The notes under the pieces are model-generated. The model had not been told where the DNA came from. It saw only the letters and a program-made list of their open reading frames with translations, and did not search any database. Below, piece after piece: positions 9,139-19,590 of a DNA stretch of 64,000 nt. The translations under genes and the position numbers were made by a program. The stretch is from NCBI GenBank assembly GCA_963774955.1, contig CAVZGV010000003.1:128771-192770 (forward strand). The letters are read 5' to 3'. Source of the DNA: Candidatus Falkowbacteria bacterium (GTDB lineage Bacteria > Patescibacteriota > Patescibacteriia > CAIXNZ01). Every line of letters begins with the position of its first letter. Position 1 is the stretch's first letter.

Positions 9139-10062
9139 ATGTCTAAGAGTGCCACGGTTAGAATCATGGCGACTTTAGCGCCTTATGTTGACCATCGGGC
9201 CGAAATCATCGGTCATCCTTTGGTTAAGGAATTGCGCCTGAATACGGTCATGCCCATTGCCGAGCCCAAACTGGAACTTCTGACTCGGCTCAAACATGAA
9301 TGCGGAAAAAAGAAGCTGTGGCTGGATCTGAAAACCAGGCAGCTGCGCATCACCAAATTCGCCTATCTGCCGTATGCCTATGTGGAACTCAGCCACAGAA
9401 TCAAGGTTGATCTGCCGGCCACGATCTACTTCAAAGATGGTACTGCCAAAATCGTGGAAATTTTCAACGGCAATAAGTTGATTTTGGCTGAACGGCCCAT
9501 GCGGGTTGTCGGCGAAGGCGAACCCGTCAATATTCTGGATCCGTCATTGCAGATTGAAGGTTTTTTAACTGACAATGATCGGGAATACGTAGCGGCGGCT
9601 AAAAAACTCGGATTGCATGATTACATGCTCTCATTCGTAGAAAGCGGTAATGATTTGCGGGAACTTTGGCAGCTTGATAATGAAGCCAAACCAATACTTA
9701 AGATCGAATCACTGCGCGGCTTGGATTTTTTGTCGAATTACCGTCAGGTTTTTCACACTAATATGCGCCTGATGGTTGCCCGTGATGATCTTTACATCAA
9801 CATGGGTGAGCAGAAAACAGATATGCTGCGCGCACTAGCCGCGATTATTAAAAATGATCCGCGGGCATATTGTGCCTCTCGGCTGCTGACTTCGTTGGAA
9901 GAAAAGGATGAAGTCGCCTTGCAGGATCTGTCTGATTTGCAGCTGATGCTGCTGTCCGGCTACCGGAGGTTTTTGCTGAGCGACATGCTGTGCTTTCACC
10001 ACGCGTCTTTTACCAAAACCATGGCCGTGCTCAGTGAATTTTTTCCGGGCGGGAGGTTCTAA
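9139..10062 (+). CDS. Pyruvate-kinase-like TIM-barrel protein lacking the C-terminal regulatory domain
   Basis: IMATLAP, RLN, LDLKTRQLR, KIES, LMVARDDL, LLSD match the order of PK barrel motifs; AAGGAGG SD before ATG 9139. Confidence 0.8.
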   Translation: MSKSATVRIMATLAPYVDHRAEIIGHPLVKELRLNTVMPIAEPKLELLTRLKHECGKKKLWLDLKTRQLRITKFAYLPYAYVELSHRIKVDLPATIYFKDGTAKIVEIFNGNKLILAERPMRVVGEGEPVNILDPSLQIEGFLTDNDREYVAAAKKLGLHDYMLSFVESGNDLRELWQLDNEAKPILKIESLRGLDFLSNYRQVFHTNMRLMVARDDLYINMGEQKTDMLRALAAIIKNDPRAYCASRLLTSLEEKDEVALQDLSDLQLMLLSGYRRFLLSDMLCFHHASFTKTMAVLSEFFPGGRF

Positions 10063-11507
10063 TGCCCAAGAGTAAAGTTTTCATTGTTACGGATTTGGGC
10101 CTCGGTGACGCCGGTAAAGGTACTATCGTAGATTATCTGGCCCGGCATCATCCGGTTAAATCAGTAATCAGATTCAATGGCGGTCCGCAGGCAGCCCACT
10201 GTGTGGTCACTGCTGACGGCCGTCACCATGTCTTTGCTCAGTTTGGTTCCGGTTCTTTTTCCGGCGGGGTGGAAACTTTCTTGTCTGGCCAGATGCTGGT
10301 GGAACTGGAAAATCTGATGGTTGAAAATGAATACCTGATTGGGGCAGGCATTAAGGACGGCTTTGAACGTTTAACGGTTGATCCGTCTGCCTGTCTGGTT
10401 ACGCCGGCTCATAAAATGCTCGGTCAGCTCAAAGAAATCAAGCGCGGCTCAAAGCGCCTTGGTTCCTGCGGTATGGGCGTCGGCGAGGCTGCCAAGGATC
10501 GGGCTGATAAGTCTGCGATTACTGTCGCTGACTGTCTTGATAAAGCCGGTTTGAAAATAAAACTGGCCAGGCAATTTGAAACAAAGTTCCGTCAGGTACA
10601 GCCCCTGATGAAAGGCAATCGTTCAGCCAAGGCAGGCAAGCTTTATCACTATTTCCAAGAGCGCTTGAACCCTGTTGAGCTGGCTGAGATTTACCACGGG
10701 ATAGTTAGCCGTCTGCGCTTGGCGCCCTCGGCAAAATACCTGAGCCCCGGACAATTAAACGGCGCAAACCTGATTTTCGAAGGTGCCCAGGGTGTCCTGC
10801 TTGATCATGAATATGGCTTTTATCCCTATGTGACCAAAACCCGTTCGACCGGTCAGAATGCTTTGGCTTTATTGCAGTCAGCAGTCGACAGCATTGAGCT
10901 TGAAAAGTATTTTGAGATCAGTCGGGTCGGGGTGATCAGGGCTTATGGCCATCGGCACGGTGCTGGGCCGTTTGTCAGTGAAAGTCCCAGGCTGAGAAAA
11001 TACTTTCAGGATAAATTCAATCTGACCAATTCCTGGCAGGGAAAATTCCGGGTCGGCTGGCTGGATATGATTACTCTCAATTACGGTCTGTTCATCAACG
11101 GGGGAGTTGATTATCTGGCTTTAACCAATCTGGATCAGCTGAGCGGTTTGGCCAGGATCAAGGTCTGCGTGGCCTATAGCTACCAGGGCGATTTAAGTCA
11201 GCTGGATAAGTTCTTTATCTGGAAGAAAACCGGAGAAAATCAGGCCATAATCTATGCCATCAAAAAAGCTGATCCGCTTTTGATTGGCACTGGTCAATTG
11301 GCTGAACTGCTCCTCAGGTGTAAGCTGGGTAAGTGGCTGGAATTTCCAGGCTGGCAGCAGGATATTTCCCGGGTGAAAAAGCTGGCTGATCTGCCGCGCC
11401 AGGCTAGGGGATTTCTGACTTATCTGCAGAATCCGACGGCTTTGTATAAGCCGATCAAAATCATTTCAGTCAATGCGACTGAAGAAGGGAAAATATGGAT
11501 CGACTAA
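10062..11507 (+). CDS. Adenylosuccinate-synthetase (PurA)-like protein, divergent
   Basis: GLGDAGKG, RFNGGPQAAH, FEGAQGVLLD, YPYVT, RHGAGPF, RVGWLD, LTNLD; TAATG coupling to the PK-like gene. Confidence 0.88.
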   Translation: MPKSKVFIVTDLGLGDAGKGTIVDYLARHHPVKSVIRFNGGPQAAHCVVTADGRHHVFAQFGSGSFSGGVETFLSGQMLVELENLMVENEYLIGAGIKDGFERLTVDPSACLVTPAHKMLGQLKEIKRGSKRLGSCGMGVGEAAKDRADKSAITVADCLDKAGLKIKLARQFETKFRQVQPLMKGNRSAKAGKLYHYFQERLNPVELAEIYHGIVSRLRLAPSAKYLSPGQLNGANLIFEGAQGVLLDHEYGFYPYVTKTRSTGQNALALLQSAVDSIELEKYFEISRVGVIRAYGHRHGAGPFVSESPRLRKYFQDKFNLTNSWQGKFRVGWLDMITLNYGLFINGGVDYLALTNLDQLSGLARIKVCVAYSYQGDLSQLDKFFIWKKTGENQAIIYAIKKADPLLIGTGQLAELLLRCKLGKWLEFPGWQQDISRVKKLADLPRQARGFLTYLQNPTALYKPIKIISVNATEEGKIWID

Positions 11508-11534
11508 GCTCCGCTATGCGGAGCTTTTTATTTT
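11507..11534 (+). terminator. Rho-independent terminator ending the operon
   Basis: agctccgc-tat-gcggagct-ttttatttt. Confidence 0.75.
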
Positions 11535-11561
11535 GGGGAGAAATTTTTGTCCCCAGGTTAT

Positions 11562-11606
11562 TTGACAGATTTCAGGGGCGTGCTATAATTTAGACAGTTA
11601 TCTAAA
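11562..11606 (+). promoter_or_regulatory. Promoter with overlapping inverted-repeat operator for the ArsR repressor
   Basis: TTGACA (11562) and TGc-TATAAT (11584), followed by tttaga-cagtta-tctaaa. Confidence 0.6.
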
Positions 11607-11622
11607 TATCTAATAATTGGCT

Positions 11623-11883
11623 ATGAATTTACATAATACAATCTCTGCCTTGGCTGACCCGACCAGACGAAAAATTCTGGAGCTTTTAAAAAAAGAGGAT
11701 ATGCCTGCCGGCCAGATTAATAAGCATTTTCAGATTACGGCGCCGTCTTTGACCCATCATTTGAATATTTTGCGCCAGGCTGATTTGGTAACCAGCCAAC
11801 GGCAGGGGCAGGAAATTATTTATTCCCTGAATTTAAGCGTGTTTGAAGAAGTGGCTCAGGCGCTTATTAAATTTTTTCAATAA
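11623..11883 (+). CDS. sdpR: ArsR-family repressor, SdpR-like
   Basis: ALADPTRRKILELL...SLTHHLNILRQADLV...GQEIIYSLNLSVFEE; followed by an SdpI gene. Confidence 0.8.
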   Translation: MNLHNTISALADPTRRKILELLKKEDMPAGQINKHFQITAPSLTHHLNILRQADLVTSQRQGQEIIYSLNLSVFEEVAQALIKFFQ

Positions 11884-11924
11884 GAAATTAAAAATTGATA
11901 ATTAAAAATTAATAATTTGTTTAT

Positions 11925-12599
11925 ATGTCTAATCCCATCAAGCCAAGTTTAAAAACAGAAATCATTCCGCTTCTTTTAATTATTATTTCTGTTGTGACTG
12001 CATTTTATTTTTATGCCAATTTCCCGGAACAGGTTCCTCTGCATTGGAATTTTAGCGGCCAGGTGGACGGCTGGGGCAGTAAAATTACCGGTGCCTTTGT
12101 TTTACCGATTGTAATTTTAGCAATGTACCTGATGTTTCTATTGATTCCTTATCTTGATCCGAAAAAAGATCGCTATGAACAATTTGTTAAAGTCTATCAT
12201 ATTTTTAAAAACTACCTCATAGGCTTCATGGTTTTGGTTTATTTGGTTACTGGGCTGGCCGGGCTAGGTTATGATGTGCCGGTCGGCATAATTATTCCGG
12301 TTGGCGTAGGCATTTTATTTATTTTGATTGGCAATTACATGGCCAAGATAAAAATGAATTGGTTCATGGGGATCAGAACACCCTGGACCTTATCATCCGA
12401 AGAAGTTTGGAATAAGACACATCGCATGGGCGGCAAGATATTTATTCTCGGCGGAGCTTTGATAATTTTGACTGGCTTTGCCCCTCTAAATTGGCGATTA
12501 CCCAGCTTTATTCTGACTATGATATTATTGGTATTTGGCACCATTGGGTATTCATATATAGTTTATCGCCAGGAAAAAAATAACAAATCAGTTCAGTAA
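11925..12599 (+). CDS. sdpI: SdpI-family immunity membrane protein (DUF1648 + SdpI)
   Basis: PEQVPLHWNFSGQVDGW and NWFMGIRTPWTLSSEEVWNKTHR. Confidence 0.9.
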   Translation: MSNPIKPSLKTEIIPLLLIIISVVTAFYFYANFPEQVPLHWNFSGQVDGWGSKITGAFVLPIVILAMYLMFLLIPYLDPKKDRYEQFVKVYHIFKNYLIGFMVLVYLVTGLAGLGYDVPVGIIIPVGVGILFILIGNYMAKIKMNWFMGIRTPWTLSSEEVWNKTHRMGGKIFILGGALIILTGFAPLNWRLPSFILTMILLVFGTIGYSYIVYRQEKNNKSVQ

Positions 12600-12651
12600 T
12601 AAAAAATCCCGCTTCCGAAGAAGCGGGATGGGCGCTGAATGATCTTTGAGA

Positions 12652-12891
12652 TCACCAGTCGTCATAATGACCCGGCCAGCCGGCGCCAATGCCTGGATTC
12701 GAATGCGTCTCTGGTCTTGTGGCTTCCATGTAGATGGCCAGAATCAAGGGAATCGCCAGGAAGAGTATGCCTCCGCTTAGGTTATACCACAGAGGTATAT
12801 CCCTATTGAAGAAAAAAAGTTTTTCCCCGATTCCTAGCCAGCACGCAAATAACATAAATCCGCTCGTAAGCATTGCCAGAAAAGCTCCCAT
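12652..12891 (-). CDS. Small 2-TM hypothetical protein (stand-alone cassette)
   Basis: AAGGAGG SD, upstream TTGACA (tgtcaa near 12976 on plus strand), hairpin at 12606-12629. Confidence 0.6.
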   Translation of the reverse strand: MGAFLAMLTSGFMLFACWLGIGEKLFFFNRDIPLWYNLSGGILFLAIPLILAIYMEATRPETHSNPGIGAGWPGHYDDW

Positions 12892-13091
12892 GTTTTTGCC
12901 CTCCTTTTTTGCAGTCTAATTGAAAATACAGATAACTGCCATCTTAATTATTACGATATTCTTATCTTAGCAGGGTGTCAAGTTGCCATATAAGATAATG
13001 CATTTATCGGCTTTATAAAACCGGAAAAACCTGATACAATTATAGAAACACATATAATTAACTTAAAACGTCTAAAAAGTAAGTAAAAATT

Positions 13092-14913
13092 ATGTCTTGG
13101 ATTTTAAATACTTTAAAGAAATTAGCTAAAAAGAAAAGTTTTTGGATTATTTTGGTTATTGCCATTATTGCAGTAATTCTTATTTTTAACGCGACTAAAG
13201 GCAAGAAAACTGTTTATACGATGGAAACGGTTAAACTGGGCAATCTAGTTCAGACAGTATCAGAAACAGGTACGGTGGAATCAGCTTCGGCCATTGATCT
13301 GAATTTTAAAGGCAGCGGCAAGTTGGTTGACTTGAATATTAAAGAAGGTGATCAGGTTGAAGCCGGTGATCTACTGGCGCGTTTGGATGCCGGAGCTTTG
13401 GAAATTGCCGTGCGACAGTCACAAGCTAATGTTGATATTGCTCAGGCTAATTTAAATAAATTATTGGCCGGCGCCAGCACGGAAGATCTTAAAGTTACCG
13501 AAGAGACGGTTAATAATGCCAGAATTGCTTATGCCAATGCCAAGAATAATTATGATAATTCTTTGTTGAAAATTGACGCTGAGACTACGACTTATGAGCA
13601 GGCAGTGACAGCAGCGCAAACAAGCTTGGATAATACTAAAAATTCTTATGATAAAACCGTGGCTGATGCCAGACAGAATTTACTCACCACTTTGCGCAAC
13701 AAAGCCAATGTGGCCAACACCAGCTTGGATTTTATTTATTACCAATATAATAATTTGAACAATGTCAGTGACCAACAGGCCAAGTCCAATACCCTCTGGT
13801 CATATAATTTAGCCATGGATAATAAAACTAAATTGGTTAATTATTTGAATAAATCAGACCAGTCCATGAGTGAAGATGAAATCAGTCAGGCGAGTGCGAC
13901 TGCCATTACTCTTTTTGAGCAAATTAATGACAGTTTAAACAATCTTTTTAATGCTATCAGCTCCTCTGTCATTGATGCCCGTTTTTCGCAAACTTTGGTT
14001 GATAATGCCAAGGCTTTAGTTAAGAGCCAGCAGGCTGCAGACAGCGCCAATTTGTTGGCTTTACAATCAGCTGATCAGGCCTATAAGACAGCCAAATTGA
14101 GTTATACCAGCGCGGTTGATAATGCGACTTCTAATCTGACCACAGCCCAAAATAACCTTAATTCCGTCTTGGCCAATAAAGATGTTTCTTTGGTTTCCGC
14201 CAAAGCGACTTTGGATTCTGCTTTAGGCGCCTATAATCTGGCCCAGGCTCAATTGGCCTTCAAAGAGGCTAAACCCCGACAGGTGGATATCTCTTATTAT
14301 CAGGCTCAGGTAAATCAGGCTGTGGCTGCCAGAGATTTAGCTTTGAACAATTTGAAGGATTATGTTATTTATGCGCCTACAGACGGAGTGATTACTTTTG
14401 TAAATTACAAATTAGGCGAGCAAATCGGTATGGCTACGACTGCAAAACCGGCAATTGCCATTATTGGCAATAGTGATTTCCAGATTAAAGTTGATGTGCC
14501 GGAATCAGATATTATTAAAATTAAAGTCGGTAATGAAACCAATATCACGTTGGATGCTTATGGCAGTGACATTATCTTTAAGGGTAAAATAATATCTATT
14601 GATCTGGCTGAGACTGTGATTCAGGATGTGGTTTATTACAAAATTACTGTGGAACTGGAGCCGACTGACAAGGAAATTAAATCCGGCATGACTGCCAATG
14701 TCGATATTATCACGGCTACCGTCGAAAATGTTCTGTATTTATCGAACCGTACGATTAAAACAAGATACTGACGGCCAAAAATATGTGGAAGTTAAAAAAT
14801 TTGGCGGTGGAGAGGAAATAATTAATATTGAAATCGGCATCAGGGCTGATACCGGTACAGAAATTATAAGCGGTTTAAAAGACGGCCAGGAGGTGATTGT
14901 TTCTAAAAAATAA
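13092..14913 (+). CDS. MacA/HlyD-like periplasmic adaptor with long coiled coil (frameshift near 14760)
   Basis: TM anchor, KEGDQVEAGDLLARLD, APTDGVIT, KSGMTANV, EIISGLKDGQEV split over two frames. Confidence 0.85.
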
Positions 14914-14922
14914 TAATACTGT

Positions 14923-15651
14923 ATGGAGAAAAAAGTACTAATAAAATTAGACAATCTTAAAAAAGATTATGTTAATGATGAAGTGGTTACCCATGTTTTG
15001 AAAGGCATTAATTTGGAAATTAATACAGGGTGAATTTGTGGCTATTATGGGTCCGTCCGGTTCAGGTAAATCAACGCTGATGCATATCATGGGTTTTTTG
15101 GATAAGCTGACTACTGGCAAATATTTATTCAAAGGTAAGGATGTTAGTAATCTGTCTGATGATGAATTGGCTGAAATCAGAAATGAAGAAGTCGGTTTTA
15201 TTTTTCAGGCTTTTAATCTGCTTACAGCGTACCAGTGTTTATGATAATGTGCGTTTGCCTTTGACTTATAGCAATAAAAAAATTTGATAAAGATAAAGTC
15301 ATTACTGCCATTAAATCAGTTGGTTTGTATCATCGTTTGAATAATTTATCCAATCAGCTTTCCGGCGGTGAAAAACAAAGAGTGGCGATTGCCCGCGCTT
15401 TGGTCAATGATCCGTCAATTATTTTTGCAGATGAACCGACCGGTAATTTGGATTCCAAATCCGGCAAACAAATCATGGAGATTTTGCAGGATTTAAATGA
15501 AGAAGGTAAAACTATTATTTTAGTTACTCATGAAAAATATACGGCAGAACATGCCCGCAGGATTATTAAAATCGTTGACGGCGAAATTATCGATGATTAT
15601 CAGGTTAAAGAGCGCTTGATTGCCAGATTAGAAAAAGATTTAACCAAATAA
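14923..15651 (+). CDS. MacB/LolD-like ABC ATP-binding protein (frameshifted)
   Basis: [39 protein letters not shown] in successive fragments. Confidence 0.85.
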
Positions 15652-15654
15652 TTT

Positions 15655-16903
15655 ATGGAATTGGCTTCTAGCTTAAGAATTGCTTTTACCGGTTTGAAGT
15701 CAAAAAAGACCCGAACATTTTTAACAATGCTCGGGATTATTATTGGCATTTCTTCGGTTATTATGATTATTTCCGTAGGCGCCGGTGCTCAAAGTTTGAT
15801 TTTAAATCAGATTAAAGCTTTGGGTTCAAATCAAATTTCAATTTTTCCTGGTGCTTCAGAAGAATCAGGTCCGCCACCCAGTGTTTTTGGTTCAGCCAAT
15901 ACCAGTTTGAAAATTGATGATATGGAGGCTCTTGATAAACGTCAAAATGTGCCCAATGTCGTGGCTGTTACTTATTATGTCCGTGGTACTGGCTACCATG
16001 ATTTGGCAGGACAATGAATATAACGGTACTTTTGTGGCCACTACAGCCAGTTATCCGGTTGTTCATGATATTAGCGTGGCTGAAGGTCGTTTTATTGATT
16101 CAGATGAGGAAAAAGATCTGGCCAAAGTGGTTGTTTTGGGCGCCAACGTTAAAGCAAGAACTTTTTGGTGATAGCAGATCCTTTGGGTCAGATGATTAAA
16201 ATAAAAAAACATCAGTTTCGGGTTATTGGCGTTATGGCTAAAAAGGGGACTTCTGGTTTTGAAAATCAGGATAATTATGTTTTTATTCCGATTTCAACCG
16301 GCCAAAAAATAATGTTAGGTATTGATTATGTTTCCTTGGCCAGGGTCAAAGTCAATTCGCAGGATAATGTTGATCAGGCAGTTGAGGATATTAAGGCTGT
16401 TTTGCGGGACAGACATAATTTGGATCGCAATGAACTGGATGATTTTACTGTTCGAGCCCAGGCTCAGGCTATTGAAATTTTTTCTTCAATTACTGATTCT
16501 TTAACTTATTTTTTGGCAGCTATTGCCGCGATTTCACTTTTGGTCGGCGGTATCGGTATTATGAATATTATGCTGATTAGTGTGACTGAAAGAACCAGGG
16601 AAATCGGCTTAAGAAAAGCTTTGGGCGCCAAAAGATACAAATATTTTGCAGTCAATTTTTAATTGAATCAATTGCCGTAACTTTGGCCGGCGGAATTATC
16701 GGTATTATTTTTGGATTAGCGGTTTCTTTTTTAGTGGCTTTGATTGCCAGACAGTTGGGTTATGATTGGGATTTGTCATTTCTATTTTCCTCAATATTTT
16801 TTCCTGTACAATTTCCATTTTAGTCGGTTTATTTTTCGGCCTTTACCCGGCCTTCAAAGCCTCGAGAATTAAATCCGATTGACAGGCTTTGCAATATGAA
16901 TAA
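15655..16903 (+). CDS. MacB/FtsX-family ABC permease 1 (multiple frameshifts)
   Basis: RTFLTMLGIIIGI and ISLLVGGIGIMNIMLISVTERTREIGLRKALGA. Confidence 0.85.
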
Positions 16904-16942
16904 TATTGGTTAATTAGTTTATTAGTATAATTGGTTATTAGA

Positions 16943-18203
16943 ATGTTTAGAGAATACAAAAATCAATAGAAATAGCCAGGCTGCGATTATACGCCATAAA
17001 TTGCGGGCTGTTTTGACGATTTTGGGCATCACAGTCGGTATTACTGCGGTGATTGTGGTTTTATCTGCTGGTAAAGCAATTGAAGTTATTTATTACTAGC
17101 CAGGTAACTCAGTTTGGCACTGATTGGGTTGAGGTTGAAGTTAAAGTTCCGGCAACCGGCCATGCTTCGCTGGAAAATGCCGGTGGTATGGCTCAGGGCA
17201 TTACCATTACGACCATAAAAGAAAAAGATGCAGAGGAAATTAAAAAGTTTCCAATATTACTGATGTCTATGCCGGTATCAGTCGGCCAGGAAGTTGTGAC
17301 TGTATGAAAATAAAAATAAGATAGCCATGATTTTTGGCGTGACTGAAGGTTTTAGTCGAGTGGATACCGGTGAAATAAATGAAGGACGATTTTTTACTGA
17401 AGCAGAAGATAAGGGCTTGGCCCGGGTGGTAGTTTTAGGCAGTAAGCTCAAAGAAACTTTGTTTGGCGACGAAGACGCTATCGGTAAAACTATTAAAATT
17501 AAAAAATATAATTTTAAAGTAATCGGGGTGATGGCCGAGCGGGGTAGTGCCGGTGTTTTTTCCATGGATGATTTGATTATTATGCCTTTGCGAGTCTTTG
17601 CAAAAATTGATTCAGGGTATTGATTATGTCTCGTTTATTATTGGCAATATGAAGGATAAGTCTTTGGGGAGGAGACGGTTGATGATTTGACTTTATTTAT
17701 TGCGCGATCTACATGATATTACTGATCCTAGTCTGGATGATTTTGCCGTCACGACAGCTGATCAGGCCATGGATATGATTGGATATTATTACCGGGGCGA
17801 TTAAAATTTTACTTTTATGCTCTGGCCTCGAATTTCCTTGGTTGTCGGTGGGGTGGGGATTATGAATGTCATGTACGTTTCAGTGGCTGAACGTACTTTT
17901 GAAATCGGTTTGCGCAAGGCCTTGGGCGCAAAAAATGCTGATATTCAAAGCCAGTTTTTAACTGAAGCCGTGTTTATCACTTTTTTGGGCGGTATCTTTG
18001 GTATTATTTTGGGGGTGTTTATAACCTGGCTAATCAGCTATGTGGCCACTAACTTTTTAAATTTTGACTGGCAGTTTTATTTTTCAATCTCATATTTACT
18101 TTTAGCTTCCGGCATTTCTATTTTTGTGGGATTGGTTTCCGGCCTGTACCCGGCGCGCGCAGCCGCGAATTTGGATCCGATGGTGGCGCTGAGGAAAGAA
18201 TAG
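16943..18203 (+). CDS. MacB/FtsX-family ABC permease 2 (multiple frameshifts)
   Basis: VGGVGIMNVMYVSVAERTFEIGLRKALGA...YPARAAANLDPMVALR. Confidence 0.85.
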
Positions 18204-18273
18204 GTTACAAATCTACAAATATTGTAACAAATGATTACAAATTTTATAATCCATTGAAAAAATAATTTGATTT

Positions 18274-18894
18274 ATGAATTTTTTGGCAAAAATTAAAAAT
18301 GTATTTAAATCTCCTGAGCAAAAGTTTTGGGACTGGTTTTGTGATAATTCAGAGAAGTATTATTCTTCAAGTCGTTCGGATGAAAATTTGTTAAAGGAGC
18401 TGTCTGATAAATTAAAACAAATTGATACAAATTTTTGTTTTGAAATGAGCAGTGTAATGAAAAATGGCAAGCGGGAACTTGTGATATCCGCCGATGGGAT
18501 AAAAACATCGTTCCCGAAATTAGTTGATTTTGTCGCGCTTGCTCCGGATCTGGAGAAATGGGAGATTTTTCCGTTTAGGCAAAGAACTAAACTTCCGGAC
18601 GATATGCAGATAGCGATTGGTAATATAAAACTGAATTTCTCAGATATTTATTTTAATTATGAATTGGCCGGTGAAAAATTGAATTTACTCATGTATGCGA
18701 AAGATTACGATGAGAAAAATGACGCCTATAAGCAGGCAATTTATATTATTCTAGATACAACCTTAGGGGAGTATGATCTTGAAATGAAAATAGGCAAGAT
18801 AAGCTTCTTTAAATTAGAGGATAATTTGAAAAATGATTTATTGCCTTTGAGTCGGTTGCCTATGATAGTGGATAATTATTTTAATAAGGGTTGA
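18274..18894 (+). CDS. Conserved-looking hypothetical protein
   Basis: 206-aa ORF with FWDWF, RELVISADG, LDTTLGEY segments. Confidence 0.75.
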   Translation: MNFLAKIKNVFKSPEQKFWDWFCDNSEKYYSSSRSDENLLKELSDKLKQIDTNFCFEMSSVMKNGKRELVISADGIKTSFPKLVDFVALAPDLEKWEIFPFRQRTKLPDDMQIAIGNIKLNFSDIYFNYELAGEKLNLLMYAKDYDEKNDAYKQAIYIILDTTLGEYDLEMKIGKISFFKLEDNLKNDLLPLSRLPMIVDNYFNKG

Positions 18895-19068
18895 TTTTTT
18901 GTAAGCATAAAATTTTTAATTGACATAATCTGGTCAGGCGAAAGCTTGACCTTTTAAAATTTTTGTTTTAAGATGTTTGAGAAAGAGTGGGGAAGGAAAA
19001 TAATCCCGACTCTCAAGACAGCATCGTCTATCTTTGATAATAATTTTCAATTTGCTAAGGAGGAACGG

Positions 19069-19428
19069 ATGAAAGAAAAAGAGGAAAAGATTTTCAGACT
19101 ACGAACATCTTGTGGCGTCGCAGTGGTTAGAGCTGAAAGTGCGGAAGAAGCTGCGGTTTTGCTTCTGCAATATGAAAAAGAAGTCAAGATGGATCGTTCT
19201 TTGGCGTTTTCAGCTGTTTCATCTAAACAAGGTACGACGCGCTTTCTGCACTTAATTAAAGATGAGTCTAAATTCCAAAGGGGGAGTAAGTGGGACGGTA
19301 ATGATCACTTGTTGTTGACTGGCGGATTGGTAAGTTGTTTGGAAGAACTTCCGAGTGATGAAGGCGTATTGGCCTATTTTTCTGAGGAATCTCGAGACTC
19401 TGTTTTCGCAGAGCCAGAAGGGTTCTAA
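19069..19428 (+). CDS. Hypothetical protein (stand-alone cassette)
   Basis: AAGGAGG SD before ATG 19069; terminator-like hairpin at ~19458-19492. Confidence 0.6.
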   Translation: MKEKEEKIFRLRTSCGVAVVRAESAEEAAVLLLQYEKEVKMDRSLAFSAVSSKQGTTRFLHLIKDESKFQRGSKWDGNDHLLLTGGLVSCLEELPSDEGVLAYFSEESRDSVFAEPEGF

Positions 19429-19523
19429 ATGCCTAGCCATCGCGTATTCCGCGGATTTCCCCGTTCAGGTTTATATCTGGCGGGGATTTTTTATTTAAGA
19501 GTATGTGTCTGAATCGGGGTCGC

Positions 19524-19562
19524 TCCAAGGTTCGACCTCCAAATTGGAGGTCGAACCTTGGA
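19524..19562. repeat. Perfect 19-bp-arm palindrome (REP-like)
   Basis: tccaaggttcgacctccaa-a-ttggaggtcgaaccttgga. Confidence 0.85.
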
Positions 19563-19590
19563 CAGGGGATTCCCGTAATTTATTGAGCCG

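Noticed and set aside
10062-11507. PurZ / Z-genome pathway
   Set aside because: The catalytic Asp is retained (GDAGKG), and no dATPase, MazZ or polymerase genes are adjacent
5291-11507. Prophage
   Set aside because: No structural, terminase, replication or integrase genes in or beside the region
14700-17830. Fragmented ABC exporter as a true pseudogene or programmed frameshifting
   Set aside because: Single-base indels cluster here and in dnaK (22300-23700), flippase/GTs, dedA and mutS (56650-57500) while motifs stay intact. Essential dnaK is affected too, so uncorrected long-read errors are the simplest explanation. Read mapping would settle it.
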